This document shows, one piece after another, positions 7,972 to 17,636 of a stretch of DNA of 32,000 nucleotides (positions are counted from its first letter, which is position 1; the number at the start of each line of letters is the position of its first letter). The notes under the pieces were generated by a model. That model saw only the letters and a list, made by a program, of their open reading frames with translations. It was not told the origin of the DNA and made no database searches. Location of the stretch: assembly GCF_000011805.1 (NCBI RefSeq), contig NC_006840.2, one strand, 5' to 3'. Made by a program: the position numbers and the translations under genes. The DNA is from Aliivibrio fischeri ES114 (lineage in GTDB: Bacteria > Pseudomonadota > Gammaproteobacteria > Enterobacterales > Vibrionaceae).

Positions 7972-10098
7972 TTAAATAGGTCTCACACTTTCTTGATCCA
8001 TCTCTGCGCCAAATCGCTGAATAAAGAAATTGACATGTGGATCTTGCTGCAAACTCTGATAAGCCGTTTGCAGTTTAGTTTGATACATTTGCTCACGCAG
8101 CTCTAAAGGTGTTGTTCCTTCGTCACTAATATCGATTGTTACCGTCACTTCTCGATTTAATGTTTGTGTTAGCGCTTGAGTGATCAGCTCATTGGCTTTG
8201 TCGCCATTTAAATGCGATTGTGCTGCTCGTAAATGTAACTTAACTTGGTTATCTTGCTCAACAAATGCTGAATTTAAAACAAGCTGCTGTACTAACTTTG
8301 GTAATGTTAATGACATTGCTAAAGCAGACCAAGTATCTTGTTTTGATGACTCTTCAACAAGCAATTTCACCATTTCAGGCGTTTTTTCATGCTCTAGCGC
8401 TTGTTTTAGTTTCGTTGGAGTAACATCACTCACCACTTTTTTCATTTCTGGTTGAGTTGATTTCCAGCGATACGGCTCTTCTGGTTTTTTCTCTTGTGTT
8501 GCGGAATTTCCAATTTGCGACACCTGAGCACGAGGCGCTAAATGTTGCTTTTCAGCAATACGCTCTAACACTGAACTCGTTTTTTTCTTATCGGATGCCG
8601 CACTAGCCTTTTTTGAGCCAGTACCTGTATTGGTCAAATTGTTTTTTGCACTACGCAATTGGTTACGAACACCTAATAGTCCACTTCGTGGGGCTGGCGT
8701 CTCTTGCATAGGAGACTGCGCTGAAGAAGAATGTTGAGGTGCTTGTGACGCAGATTCACCTGACGGCGTTCCCATAGGAGGCGCATCATACACTGGTGGC
8801 TGCTCAGTTTGCATTGGTGGCACATTCGCTGGCGCATAACCTTGCTGTGTTTGCTGTGGCGTTGTAGGGCGTTGTTGAGACGCCATTGGTCTTTGTGCTT
8901 GAGGCGCAACATTAACAGGAGCTGAAGGGGCTTGTTGTACCCTTGGTGCCGCATTTGTTGTTTGAGGCTCTGTTGATGGTACTGCAATTGGCTGTGCTTC
9001 TAATGCCTGAGCATGTACAGGGCGGAATGCTACCATTCTCAATAACATCATCTCTGCACCAGTTCGCTCATTTGGAGCTAATGGCAAGTCCTTACGACTT
9101 TGCAGTACAATTTGATAAAACAGCTGCACTTCTTGAGGCGATAATTGTGTACTTAAAAGCTCAATACGTTCAGCATCTGGCTGTGTTTTATCTAGAGTTG
9201 CAGGCAACGCTTGATACATAGCTAATTTATGAAGCTGGTTAGCTAACTCTTTCGCTAATCCATCCCATTCAACACCAATATCAGCAAGATCATTTACACA
9301 ATTCATGAGTGTCTGCATATTCTTAGTGCTAATCGCTTCTAGAATACGAATTGCCTGATCGGTATCTAAGGTTCCGAGCATTGCCGATACAATTTCAGCC
9401 GTCACTGAACCGTTACCAAGCGCAATAGCTTGATCAGTTAAACTTAATGCATCACGCATACTACCATCAGCCGCATGAGCTATAAGCCCAAGAGCTCGAG
9501 CTTCTTTTGAGACTTCTTCTTTATCAAGAACAAAGTCTAGCTGCTCATGAATTTGGTCAACACTGATGTGCTTAAGGTGAAACTGTAAACAGCGAGAAAG
9601 GATCGTTACAGGTAGCTTCTGTGGATCCGTTGTTGCTAGTAAGAATTTTACGTATTCAGGCGGCTCTTCCAATGTCTTTAATAAAGCATTGAAACTGTGG
9701 CGAGATAACATATGAACTTCATCGATCAAATAAACCTTAAAGCGACCACGCGCAGGCTTGTATTGAACGTTATCTAATAGTTCACGTGTATCTTCCACTT
9801 TCGTTCTAGAAGCAGCATCGATTTCAAGTAAATCAACAAAACGTCCTTCGTCGATTTCTTTACATGTAGAACACACACCACACGGTGTTGATGTGATCCC
9901 TTCTTCACAGTTCAAACCTTTAGCAAATAAACGCGCAATCGTGGTTTTACCCACACCACGTGTTCCGCTAAATAGATAAGCGTGATGAAGTCGATTATGG
10001 TCAAGTGCGTTTTCCAACGCAGTAAGCACATGGGGTTGGCCAACAACATCTTTAAAATGATGTGGTCGCCACTTCCGTGCCAATACTTGATAGCTCAT
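7972..10098 (-). CDS. dnaX: DNA polymerase III subunits tau/gamma
   Basis: MSYQVLARKWRPHHFKDVVGQPHVL, Walker A GTRGVGKTT, zinc-binding CGVCSTCKEI; start trimmed from ORF-track 10143 to the conserved ATG at 10098 (708 aa). Confidence 0.97.
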   Translation of the reverse strand: MSYQVLARKWRPHHFKDVVGQPHVLTALENALDHNRLHHAYLFSGTRGVGKTTIARLFAKGLNCEEGITSTPCGVCSTCKEIDEGRFVDLLEIDAASRTKVEDTRELLDNVQYKPARGRFKVYLIDEVHMLSRHSFNALLKTLEEPPEYVKFLLATTDPQKLPVTILSRCLQFHLKHISVDQIHEQLDFVLDKEEVSKEARALGLIAHAADGSMRDALSLTDQAIALGNGSVTAEIVSAMLGTLDTDQAIRILEAISTKNMQTLMNCVNDLADIGVEWDGLAKELANQLHKLAMYQALPATLDKTQPDAERIELLSTQLSPQEVQLFYQIVLQSRKDLPLAPNERTGAEMMLLRMVAFRPVHAQALEAQPIAVPSTEPQTTNAAPRVQQAPSAPVNVAPQAQRPMASQQRPTTPQQTQQGYAPANVPPMQTEQPPVYDAPPMGTPSGESASQAPQHSSSAQSPMQETPAPRSGLLGVRNQLRSAKNNLTNTGTGSKKASAASDKKKTSSVLERIAEKQHLAPRAQVSQIGNSATQEKKPEEPYRWKSTQPEMKKVVSDVTPTKLKQALEHEKTPEMVKLLVEESSKQDTWSALAMSLTLPKLVQQLVLNSAFVEQDNQVKLHLRAAQSHLNGDKANELITQALTQTLNREVTVTIDISDEGTTPLELREQMYQTKLQTAYQSLQQDPHVNFFIQRFGAEMDQESVRPI
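8603..8614 (-). promoter_or_regulatory. dnaX: Candidate programmed -1 ribosomal frameshift site: A AAA AAG heptamer (8608-8614) and -1-frame GGC TAG stop
   Basis: Minus strand TCA AAA AAG GCT AGT in frame 0; slip yields AAA AAA GGC TAG. Confidence 0.8.
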
Positions 10099-10141
10099 AG
10101 AATACAGCCCAAAATAAAATAGTTCTAAATCGTAGCACAGC

Positions 10142-10176
10142 AAAAAAATGAGATCTTCCTTGATAGAGAGATCTCA
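10142..10176 (-). terminator. Rho-independent terminator downstream of apt
   Basis: Minus strand TGAGATCT-ctctatcaagga-AGATCTCA followed by T7. Confidence 0.75.
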
Positions 10177-10201
10177 CGTAATTAACTGTGTATATGAAGA
10201 A

Positions 10202-10747
10202 TTAGTGACCAGCAAACTCACAAATGCTGTATACGTTTAGACCTAGGCCTTCTAAACGTGTTTCGCCACCAATTTCTGGAAGATTAATAACAAATGCGGC
10301 ATGCTCAACTTCACCACCCAGTTGGCGGATCAGTTTTACCGTTGCTTCAATCGTTCCACCCGTTGCTAATAGATCATCAACAACAAGCACCTTGTCGCCT
10401 TCAACGATCGCATCAGTATGAATTTCTAATGTATCCGTACCGTATTCAAGATCATATGTTTGTGCGATTGTTGGACGAGGCAATTTACCTGGTTTACGAA
10501 CAGGAACAAAGCCAACACCTAACTCTAATGCTAATGGCGCACCAAATAAGAAACCACGAGCTTCTGTACCAACGATTTTAGTAAAACCGCCTTGCTTATA
10601 CTTTTCAACTAATGATTGAATTGTTGCTTGGTATGCTTTTGGGTCTTCCATTAGGCTTGTTACATCACGGAACATAATGCCAGCTTTAGGATAATCAGGA
10701 ATTGATTTAATACTGTTCTTAATCAGTGTTAGTGTTTCTGTAGACAT
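10202..10747 (-). CDS. apt: Adenine phosphoribosyltransferase
   Basis: 181 aa, [42 protein letters not shown] motif. Confidence 0.97.
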   Translation of the reverse strand: MSTETLTLIKNSIKSIPDYPKAGIMFRDVTSLMEDPKAYQATIQSLVEKYKQGGFTKIVGTEARGFLFGAPLALELGVGFVPVRKPGKLPRPTIAQTYDLEYGTDTLEIHTDAIVEGDKVLVVDDLLATGGTIEATVKLIRQLGGEVEHAAFVINLPEIGGETRLEGLGLNVYSICEFAGH

Positions 10748-10876
10748 TGTTATTTGACCTGCTTTGCCTCTATTCGGGCTTAAAAATAAATTAACCGGGC
10801 AATGGTATTCACTTTCTTATCCATGAGCAAGTATTACCAAACAAGGTGCGTAGTTGATCAAAGAGTTAATACAAAT

Positions 10877-11245
10877 CTACTCCGAGGTAGGAATCCTTGA
10901 AAAACAGACCAAAAGGACAATAGCAAAACAAAATAGACCTATTTTTACCCATAAAAGTGGAGCAAGAGCAATTGAAATAACAAAACTTAGTATTATCAGA
11001 AAGAATGCTTTTTTCTTTATTGATTTTTTAATCGTTTTTTTCTCTTGCCATTCAACAATCGGAGGACCTAAAGATGGGTGGGTGATCAACCAATGATTTG
11101 CCCGAGGTGATGCCTTCATGAAGCATGCACTGGCTAATAATAAGAAAGGAGTTGTGGGTAAAAGAGGCAGAATAACACCGATTAAACCGATAATAAGCGA
11201 TGTTAATCCAGCAACAAACCAAAATACTTTACGGGTAAAATGCAA
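10877..11245 (-). CDS. ybaN: YbaN-family (DUF454) inner membrane protein
   Basis: 122 aa, GVILPLLPTTPFLLLASACFMKASPR, upstream of apt as in related genomes. Confidence 0.88.
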   Translation of the reverse strand: MHFTRKVFWFVAGLTSLIIGLIGVILPLLPTTPFLLLASACFMKASPRANHWLITHPSLGPPIVEWQEKKTIKKSIKKKAFFLIILSFVISIALAPLLWVKIGLFCFAIVLLVCFSRIPTSE

Positions 11246-11306
11246 ATTAGCCTCTAAAGAATCAAAAAGTTAATTGAAGTGTAAACAACAATGACTTTAA
11301 TCAATT

Positions 11307-12413
11307 CTAAAACGATGTCAATTCTAACTTAAAACTGCTGCATCCCACGTTATTTAATGAAAGACTGTTCATACCTTCTTTCACTGAAAAACGATGAACC
11401 TGATTGGTTGAGGCATGAGTGGTTAATTGGTTATTTGCTCTTAAAACATTACGTTGATTATTACTTTCCCAGATAGCATCCAGACCCGCAGACAAAATAA
11501 ATACCGCTTGCTCAGACAAATCCACATAGCCAAAAACACCAGACATTGCTTGGCTATTTTCCATTGTTCCCATGCCTTTTTCTATGGATGCCACCATTGC
11601 CGATATAGTATTTGTTGACATCTGCTGCTCTCGAATAAAATCATTAAAAAACGCTCTGATCAATAAACAAGAGATAACGCCATTTTCCCCACCGGAATGT
11701 GAATCAACAAGGTAGAAAAATAAACGTCCATCCAATAGCCATTCATAATCAAAGATTAAAGGCATACCATCCGTTGACTGCAATAAACGATAACTTAACT
11801 TCCAATTGGCATGTTGAGCCTCACTTTCAGGTAACAACTCAAACAGTAATTCTCGTCCTACGTTCGGCTCTTCTTGTAAGTATTCTAAATGCCAATGCAG
11901 TTCATCATTACAGCTTTTATCAAGCTCTGATGTTCTAAACCACTGACTAGAAAAATCTTGCATTCTTAACGAGCTTTCTTCACTTAGCTTTAATGCAGAA
12001 GAAAGCGATTTAATTAAAATCGAGACATCACTGATTGGTTTAACAAGAAAATCTTTTGCTCCTAAACGCAACACCTTAGCGACATCTTGCATATCACCAC
12101 TACCTGAAATAACAATGATTGGAAGCATTGGATATTCCAATACCGCTTCCTCTACAAATTCAATGCCATTTAATATTGGCATAGCTAAATCACACAACAA
12201 TACATCAGGTAAAGAATGCTTAAGCATTTGTAAACCTTCAAGGCCGTTGTTCGCTTCTTTAACATTGCATGAATAAGCTTCTAAGACCGCTCTAATCATT
12301 GAACGAAAGATTGGATCATCATCAACAATCAAAATATCTTTGTTTAACAATAAATCTTCTACAGGAGCGTTACCCTCTCCTTCCTTTTTTTTTGTTGCCT
12401 GCTCTACTGACAT
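11307..12413 (-). CDS. rssB: RssB-like response regulator (receiver domain plus C-terminal PP2C-like domain)
   Basis: ILIVDDDPIFRSMIRAVL, VLLCDLAMPILNGIEF, DFLVKPISD; C-terminal SHSGGENGVISCLLIRAFFNDF; ATG at 12413 has AGAGGG SD, ORF-track start 12434 is a GTG. Confidence 0.75.
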   Translation of the reverse strand: MSVEQATKKKEGEGNAPVEDLLLNKDILIVDDDPIFRSMIRAVLEAYSCNVKEANNGLEGLQMLKHSLPDVLLCDLAMPILNGIEFVEEAVLEYPMLPIIVISGSGDMQDVAKVLRLGAKDFLVKPISDVSILIKSLSSALKLSEESSLRMQDFSSQWFRTSELDKSCNDELHWHLEYLQEEPNVGRELLFELLPESEAQHANWKLSYRLLQSTDGMPLIFDYEWLLDGRLFFYLVDSHSGGENGVISCLLIRAFFNDFIREQQMSTNTISAMVASIEKGMGTMENSQAMSGVFGYVDLSEQAVFILSAGLDAIWESNNQRNVLRANNQLTTHASTNQVHRFSVKEGMNSLSLNNVGCSSFKLELTSF

Positions 12414-12655
12414 ACTACTACCCTCTGCACGCACCCAAATTCAGTACCTATTATTTTTATTATCTAAAATAAATTTAGTTCGAGATCTAAGTGAGCACAA
12501 ATAATTTTAGCTATCATTATTAATAAAATGCTAAATTAACCGTGAATTTGGACTTTTATTTATAGATTTTCATTTTAGTTGACTTATAACAACACCAACT
12601 CACGCATTTTTGTTACACTTTAGCGCTCTAAAAAACGGGAGAGTATCTTAATATA

Positions 12656-13531
12656 ATGAAATTAGATGATTTGAATTTGTTTCGACAAGTGGTTGAAAAT
12701 GGCAGCTACACTGCAGCTTCAAGAAAAACCCTAATTCCTGTTGCGACAATTACTCGTCGGATTCAAGCTTTAGAAGATTCTTTAGATATTCGCTTACTCA
12801 ACCGCCATGCCAGAAAGTTATCTCTTACTGAAGCTGGCCAAAAGTTTTACGATGAATGCGCCCCTATTCTAGCAACGTTGGTAAATACCAGTGAATATCT
12901 AGGAGAAGAGTGTCGTGGTGCAGCTGGAAAACTTAAGATTGCCGCTCCTTCAAACTTAACTAAACGCATGATCCAACCAATTTTGAATAAGTTTATGCTG
13001 CTTTATCCAGACATTAGCATTAACTTAACCATGAGCAATCAACCTGAGCAACTTGATCCTACCGATTGGGACATTATTTTCCGTGTTGGTAAACAACGAG
13101 ATTCATCTCTTATTGCTCGTCAAATTGGTTCTTTAGAAGACATTTTAGTTGCTAGCCCGAGTTATCTAGAAAAAAACTCAGAGCCGACTCATGCGCAAGA
13201 ATTGCATAAACACAGTTTATTAAAAGGTAATCCTTTAATGCGTTGGCGCTTAACCAATAAAGATGGTGAATCCGTCACAATTACTGACGCTGGGCGCTTT
13301 GAAGCAAGTGAACTTAACGTAATTCGCATGGCTTGTTCGAATGGATTGGGTATTACACTCATGCCAGATATTATGATCAGCCAATATCTAGAAGAAGGCT
13401 CACTTATTAGAGTATTAAGTGATTGGTCTGCAAACCCTCGTGATATTTATATGATCTATAATTACAAAGATCATCAACCAGAAAAAGTACGTTTATTTAT
13501 CGATTTTGTAAGTAACCACATACCTGATTAA
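12656..13531 (+). CDS. LysR-family transcriptional regulator
   Basis: 291 aa, LNLFRQVVENGSYTAASRKTLIPVATITRRIQALEDSLDIRLLNR HTH and substrate-binding domain. Confidence 0.93.
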   Translation: MKLDDLNLFRQVVENGSYTAASRKTLIPVATITRRIQALEDSLDIRLLNRHARKLSLTEAGQKFYDECAPILATLVNTSEYLGEECRGAAGKLKIAAPSNLTKRMIQPILNKFMLLYPDISINLTMSNQPEQLDPTDWDIIFRVGKQRDSSLIARQIGSLEDILVASPSYLEKNSEPTHAQELHKHSLLKGNPLMRWRLTNKDGESVTITDAGRFEASELNVIRMACSNGLGITLMPDIMISQYLEEGSLIRVLSDWSANPRDIYMIYNYKDHQPEKVRLFIDFVSNHIPD

Positions 13532-13543
13532 TTTACTCTCTAC

Positions 13544-13575
13544 AAAAAAGCCTGTGAAATCACAGGCTTTTTTAT
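13544..13575. terminator. Bidirectional rho-independent terminator between the LysR gene and purF
   Basis: AAAAAGCCTGTG-aaat-CACAGGCTTTTTT. Confidence 0.88.
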
Positions 13576-13586
13576 TAAGCAAGAAA

Positions 13587-15101
13587 TTAAATCTCTTCGT
13601 TATAAATATCTAGACTTGCTACGTTTTGTGCTTCGTTGTCTTGTTTTGCATCATCATTACGTAGGCTTTCTAAGTACTCTAGGTAATTCTGGTCAACATC
13701 ACCAGTAACATAATGTGCATTGAAAACAGAGGTTTCAAATTTCTCAATTTCTCTGTTACCGCAACCAACCGCATCAACTAAGTCTGAAAGGTCTTGGAAA
13801 ATAAGAGCATCCGCACCAATCTCGTTGCAAATCTCATCAACTTCACGACCATGTGCAATCAGCTCATTTGCACTTGGCATATCGATACCATATACGTTAG
13901 GGAAACGAATCTCAGGAGCAGCTGACACCATATAAACGTTTTTAGCACCAGAATCACGAGCCATTTCAATAATCTGCTCTGAGGTTGTTCCACGCACAAT
14001 GGAGTCATCAACTAATAAAACGTTTTTATCTTTAAATTCTGAACGAATAGCATTCAATTTACGACGAACTGATTTCTTACGCTCTTGTTGACCTGGCATG
14101 ATAAAAGTACGGCCGACATAACGGTTCTTAACAAAGCCTTGGCGGTAAGGCTTATTGATAATCTGAGCGATTTCTAATGCGATATCACATGATGTTTCAG
14201 GAATAGGCAGTACAACATCAATATCTAAATCATCCCACTCACGCTTAATTTTCTCACCTAAACGCTTACCCATTTCAACTCGTGCACTGTATACCGAAAT
14301 TTTATCAATAAACGAATCTGGACGAGCAAAATAAACAAATTCAAAAATACATGGATTTAACTTTGGTCCATGCGCACATTGTTGAGTATATAAACCCCCT
14401 TCAAATGGAGCATAAATCGCTTCACCCGGTGCAACATCACGAACGAAATCAAAGCCTACTGCATCCAAAGCGACTGACTCTGAAGCCACCATATATTCTG
14501 TGCGACCTTCAATTTCACGCTTACCTAAACATAATGGGCGAATGCCGTTTGGATCTCGAAATGCCACCATGCCATGGCCAATGATCATTGCCGTTACTGC
14601 ATAAGCACCACGAATTTGTTCATGAACTTTCGCTACAGTTTTAAAGATATCATCGTTTGTTAGCGGGTAATTTTTTGATTCATCAAGATGGTGTGCAAAG
14701 ATATTTAATAAAACTTCAGAATCAGAGGTTGTATTTACATGACGACGCTCTTGTTCAAATAACGTTTCACGAATTTCATTTGCATTGGTTAAGTTACCAT
14801 TATGCGCAAGAGTGATACCAAATGGAGAGTTTACATAGAAAGGTTGTGCTTCTGAGGCACTAGAACTACCTGCTGTAGGGTATCGAACATGTCCAATACC
14901 AACGTTACCTTGTAGGCGTTGCATGTGTTTTGTTTCAAACACATCCTTCACCAAACCGTTCGCCTTTCTCAGACGGAAACGATTGCTTTCTATGGTAATA
15001 ATACCAGCAGCATCTTGGCCACGATGTTGTAGCACTGTTAAAGCGTCATAGATTGACTGGTTTACTGGTGTTGCGCCCACGATTCCAACAATACCGCACA
15101 T
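13587..15101 (-). CDS. purF: Amidophosphoribosyltransferase
   Basis: [10 protein letters not shown]-terminal nucleophile, [17 protein letters not shown]-type PRPP motif ([13 protein letters not shown]). Confidence 0.98.
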   Translation of the reverse strand: MCGIVGIVGATPVNQSIYDALTVLQHRGQDAAGIITIESNRFRLRKANGLVKDVFETKHMQRLQGNVGIGHVRYPTAGSSSASEAQPFYVNSPFGITLAHNGNLTNANEIRETLFEQERRHVNTTSDSEVLLNIFAHHLDESKNYPLTNDDIFKTVAKVHEQIRGAYAVTAMIIGHGMVAFRDPNGIRPLCLGKREIEGRTEYMVASESVALDAVGFDFVRDVAPGEAIYAPFEGGLYTQQCAHGPKLNPCIFEFVYFARPDSFIDKISVYSARVEMGKRLGEKIKREWDDLDIDVVLPIPETSCDIALEIAQIINKPYRQGFVKNRYVGRTFIMPGQQERKKSVRRKLNAIRSEFKDKNVLLVDDSIVRGTTSEQIIEMARDSGAKNVYMVSAAPEIRFPNVYGIDMPSANELIAHGREVDEICNEIGADALIFQDLSDLVDAVGCGNREIEKFETSVFNAHYVTGDVDQNYLEYLESLRNDDAKQDNEAQNVASLDIYNEEI

Positions 15102-15135
15102 GTCCTAGAGTCCTCAATTTGCTAAAAAACTGGCG

Positions 15136-15627
15136 CTATTTAGCGCCAGGAAGAAAACTTGATGTATCCTTTAAGTAATCGAAGAACCATTCAATTACTA
15201 CCGAGAATTGCGGTATTAATTGTGATTGCTTCCACCACTCTGAATCTGATAAAGAAGTAAAGGCATCAATGAAGAACAGAACAGCGGCTATAATTAACAC
15301 GCCTCTTAATCCCCCAAAAACAATACCTAAAATTCTATCTGTTCCCGACAACCCTGTTTTCTGTACTAATTGACCTACCACGTAGTTCACAACCGCACCA
15401 ACAATTAAGGTTGCCACAAACAAAGCAGCTATCGCACTGCCATTTCTTATCATTTCATCATGTATGTTTGTGAAATAAACAGCTAGCTTTGGATAAAAGT
15501 TACTGGCAATAAAAAATGCACCAAACCAAATAACCAAAGACAACGCTTCTTTTACAAAACCTCTAATCAAACTGATTAAAGCTGACAGGCTAATAACGCC
15601 TAAAATGACAAAATCGATCCAAATCAT
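15136..15627 (-). CDS. cvpA: CvpA family membrane protein
   Basis: 163 aa, [27 protein letters not shown]; position upstream of purF. Confidence 0.95.
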   Translation of the reverse strand: MIWIDFVILGVISLSALISLIRGFVKEALSLVIWFGAFFIASNFYPKLAVYFTNIHDEMIRNGSAIAALFVATLIVGAVVNYVVGQLVQKTGLSGTDRILGIVFGGLRGVLIIAAVLFFIDAFTSLSDSEWWKQSQLIPQFSVVIEWFFDYLKDTSSFLPGAK

Positions 15628-15674
15628 AATTTATCTTTTCTCTGTTGCTGCGCATTTTAACAGAAAAATCCGCT

Positions 15675-15690
15675 ACGCAAACGTTTTCTT
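15675..15690. promoter_or_regulatory. Candidate PurR operator ACGCAAACGTTTTCTT upstream of cvpA-purF
   Basis: Close match to the ACGCAAACGTTTNCNT PurR box consensus; 48 bp upstream of the cvpA start. Confidence 0.75.
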
Positions 15691-16246
15691 ATGGGTTTAG
15701 TGGTGTAAATTTAAGCAATTGACCATTTAAGCCAGTTATTTCTTTTAATTTTGGCAACAGCTTTTCAAGATCAGGTTTAGAAACATCTGGTCCAACAGCA
15801 ACTCGAACTAAATCACCTGGTTTCGGATCTTTAGGGAAAGTATGCGCTTGATAACCTTGTTTACGCAGTTTAAGAGCAAGATTTTTTGCGTTATCTGCGT
15901 TTCTAAATACACCTAATTGAATGATCCATGCACTTTTTGCATAATCAACTTTCGAAGGTTGCGGCTGTTTTTTCTCAACAATCGTTAACGTCTCTTTTTC
16001 AGGCTCAGCTGGTGACGATTTAATTGTAACTTCAACTGGCTCTCCAGGAAGTTCAGCATCAAAATCCACAGGTTCTTGGATTTCGAATTGCTCTACATCT
16101 TTAGAAAGTTCAGGCTTAATTGGAATACTTGCAAACTCTTCTTGATAATGTTTCTTCTTACCATCAAATACATCAGGTAAAACAATTACCCCAATAGCAA
16201 CCAATATTATGGTTCCGACTAAACGTCGTTGAAATGGACTAGACAC
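15689..16246 (-). CDS. dedD: SPOR-domain cell division protein DedD
   Basis: N-terminal TM, low-complexity linker, SAWIIQLGVFRNADNAKNLALKLRKQGYQAHTF SPOR domain; gene order. Confidence 0.92.
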   Translation of the reverse strand: MSSPFQRRLVGTIILVAIGVIVLPDVFDGKKKHYQEEFASIPIKPELSKDVEQFEIQEPVDFDAELPGEPVEVTIKSSPAEPEKETLTIVEKKQPQPSKVDYAKSAWIIQLGVFRNADNAKNLALKLRKQGYQAHTFPKDPKPGDLVRVAVGPDVSKPDLEKLLPKLKEITGLNGQLLKFTPLNP

Positions 16247-16255
16247 TCATATTCC

Positions 16256-17536
16256 TCATGCTTCTTTTTTCCAATAATCCCATACTTCACCGACAGTGTG
16301 GAATGATCCGAAGACTAAAATTAAATCATCATTTTCAGCCTGCTGTAATGCTACTTTAAAAGCATCAACAGGTGATGAATATTCTGTTATTTCTTTTGAT
16401 AAAACAGCAGTTAACTCACTTGCGTTAGCCGCTCTTGGACCTGATAACGATGCAGGATACCAAACATCAATCACTCCCGTGAACTCACTCAGGGTCGATT
16501 TAATGTCTTTATCATGCAACATACCTACTACCGCATGTATTTTCTTATTTGGGAAACGCTGTCTTACTTGCTGTACAAGATAGTGCGCTGAATGTGGGTT
16601 ATGCGCAACATCAAGAATAATCGTAGGCTCAAGTTCAGAGTTACCACAAGTTAATCGTTGCATTCTTCCTGGTAACGTTGCTAATGTTAGGCCTTCAACA
16701 ATATTAACATCACTCAATTCTAATCCAGAAACCCCTAATGCCATAATCGCTGTTGCTGCATTAGCTAATGGTAGATTTGGTAATGGTAAATTATCTAAAT
16801 CAAATGCTCCACTCTTCCATGACCATGTTTGAGTTTCTGCATCGACTTTATAATCAAATTGATAACCAACTTGATATAGTTCAGCATTAATATCATCAGC
16901 ATGAGCAGCGACACTTGAAGGAGGATTAGGTTGACCACAAATAGCTGGTTTTTCTGAACGGAAAATGCCAGCCTTTTCAAAACCAATCACTTCAATATCA
17001 TCACCCAACCAATCAACGTGATCAACGGCTAGGCTTGTAATAATTGATACATCATGATCAACAACATTAGTTGCATCTAAGCGTCCACCAAGACCAACTT
17101 CAAGTAAAACCACGTCAACTTGATGTGCTTTAAAAGCCCAAAGAGCTGAAAGAGTTCCAAATTCGAAAAGGCTAAGTGAAATATCTTTACGCCACGCTTC
17201 AATTGCAGCAAAAGATTGAGTGATAAGAGAATCAGATAAATCGTTACCATTAATACGAATACGTTCATTGTAACGAATAAGGTGAGGAGAACTATAAACA
17301 CCAACGCGGTAGCCGGCATTAATTAAAATAGATTCCATTAATGCACACGTTGAGCCTTTACCGTTTGTTCCTGCAACAGTAATTACCGTAGGTGCTGGTT
17401 TAGTTAATTTTGCTCGTTGTGCAACACGCTGAACACGGTCTAAACCCAAATCTATTGCACTAGTATGAATGCTTTCTAAATAACGAAGCCACACCGATAA
17501 ATCAGATGTGGCTTTCGGAGAATCAAATGTTGTCAT
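16256..17536 (-). CDS. folC: Bifunctional folylpolyglutamate synthase/dihydrofolate synthase
   Basis: TVAGTNGKGSTCALMESIL, SSPHLIRYNERIRING, ILDVAHNPHSA. Confidence 0.97.
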   Translation of the reverse strand: MTTFDSPKATSDLSVWLRYLESIHTSAIDLGLDRVQRVAQRAKLTKPAPTVITVAGTNGKGSTCALMESILINAGYRVGVYSSPHLIRYNERIRINGNDLSDSLITQSFAAIEAWRKDISLSLFEFGTLSALWAFKAHQVDVVLLEVGLGGRLDATNVVDHDVSIITSLAVDHVDWLGDDIEVIGFEKAGIFRSEKPAICGQPNPPSSVAAHADDINAELYQVGYQFDYKVDAETQTWSWKSGAFDLDNLPLPNLPLANAATAIMALGVSGLELSDVNIVEGLTLATLPGRMQRLTCGNSELEPTIILDVAHNPHSAHYLVQQVRQRFPNKKIHAVVGMLHDKDIKSTLSEFTGVIDVWYPASLSGPRAANASELTAVLSKEITEYSSPVDAFKVALQQAENDDLILVFGSFHTVGEVWDYWKKEA

Positions 17537-17636
17537 AATTCAACTACTTCACTAACGAATATAGTGACAGTATATATGACTTAGGTTGCTGTTTTAAAGT
17601 AAGAACTAACAACCTTGGTCCCATTTGATTTAATTC

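Noticed and set aside
8180-9221. ORFs antisense to dnaX (8180-8455, 8943-9221) and in another minus-strand frame (8673-8987)
   Set aside because: Overlap the conserved dnaX reading frame, compositionally biased, no recognisable domains.
10224-10581. + strand ORFs over apt (10224-10421, 10294-10581)
   Set aside because: Antisense to a highly conserved gene with no domain signal.
13720-14584. + strand ORFs over purF (13720-13935, 14351-14584)
   Set aside because: Shadow ORFs of purF coding sequence.
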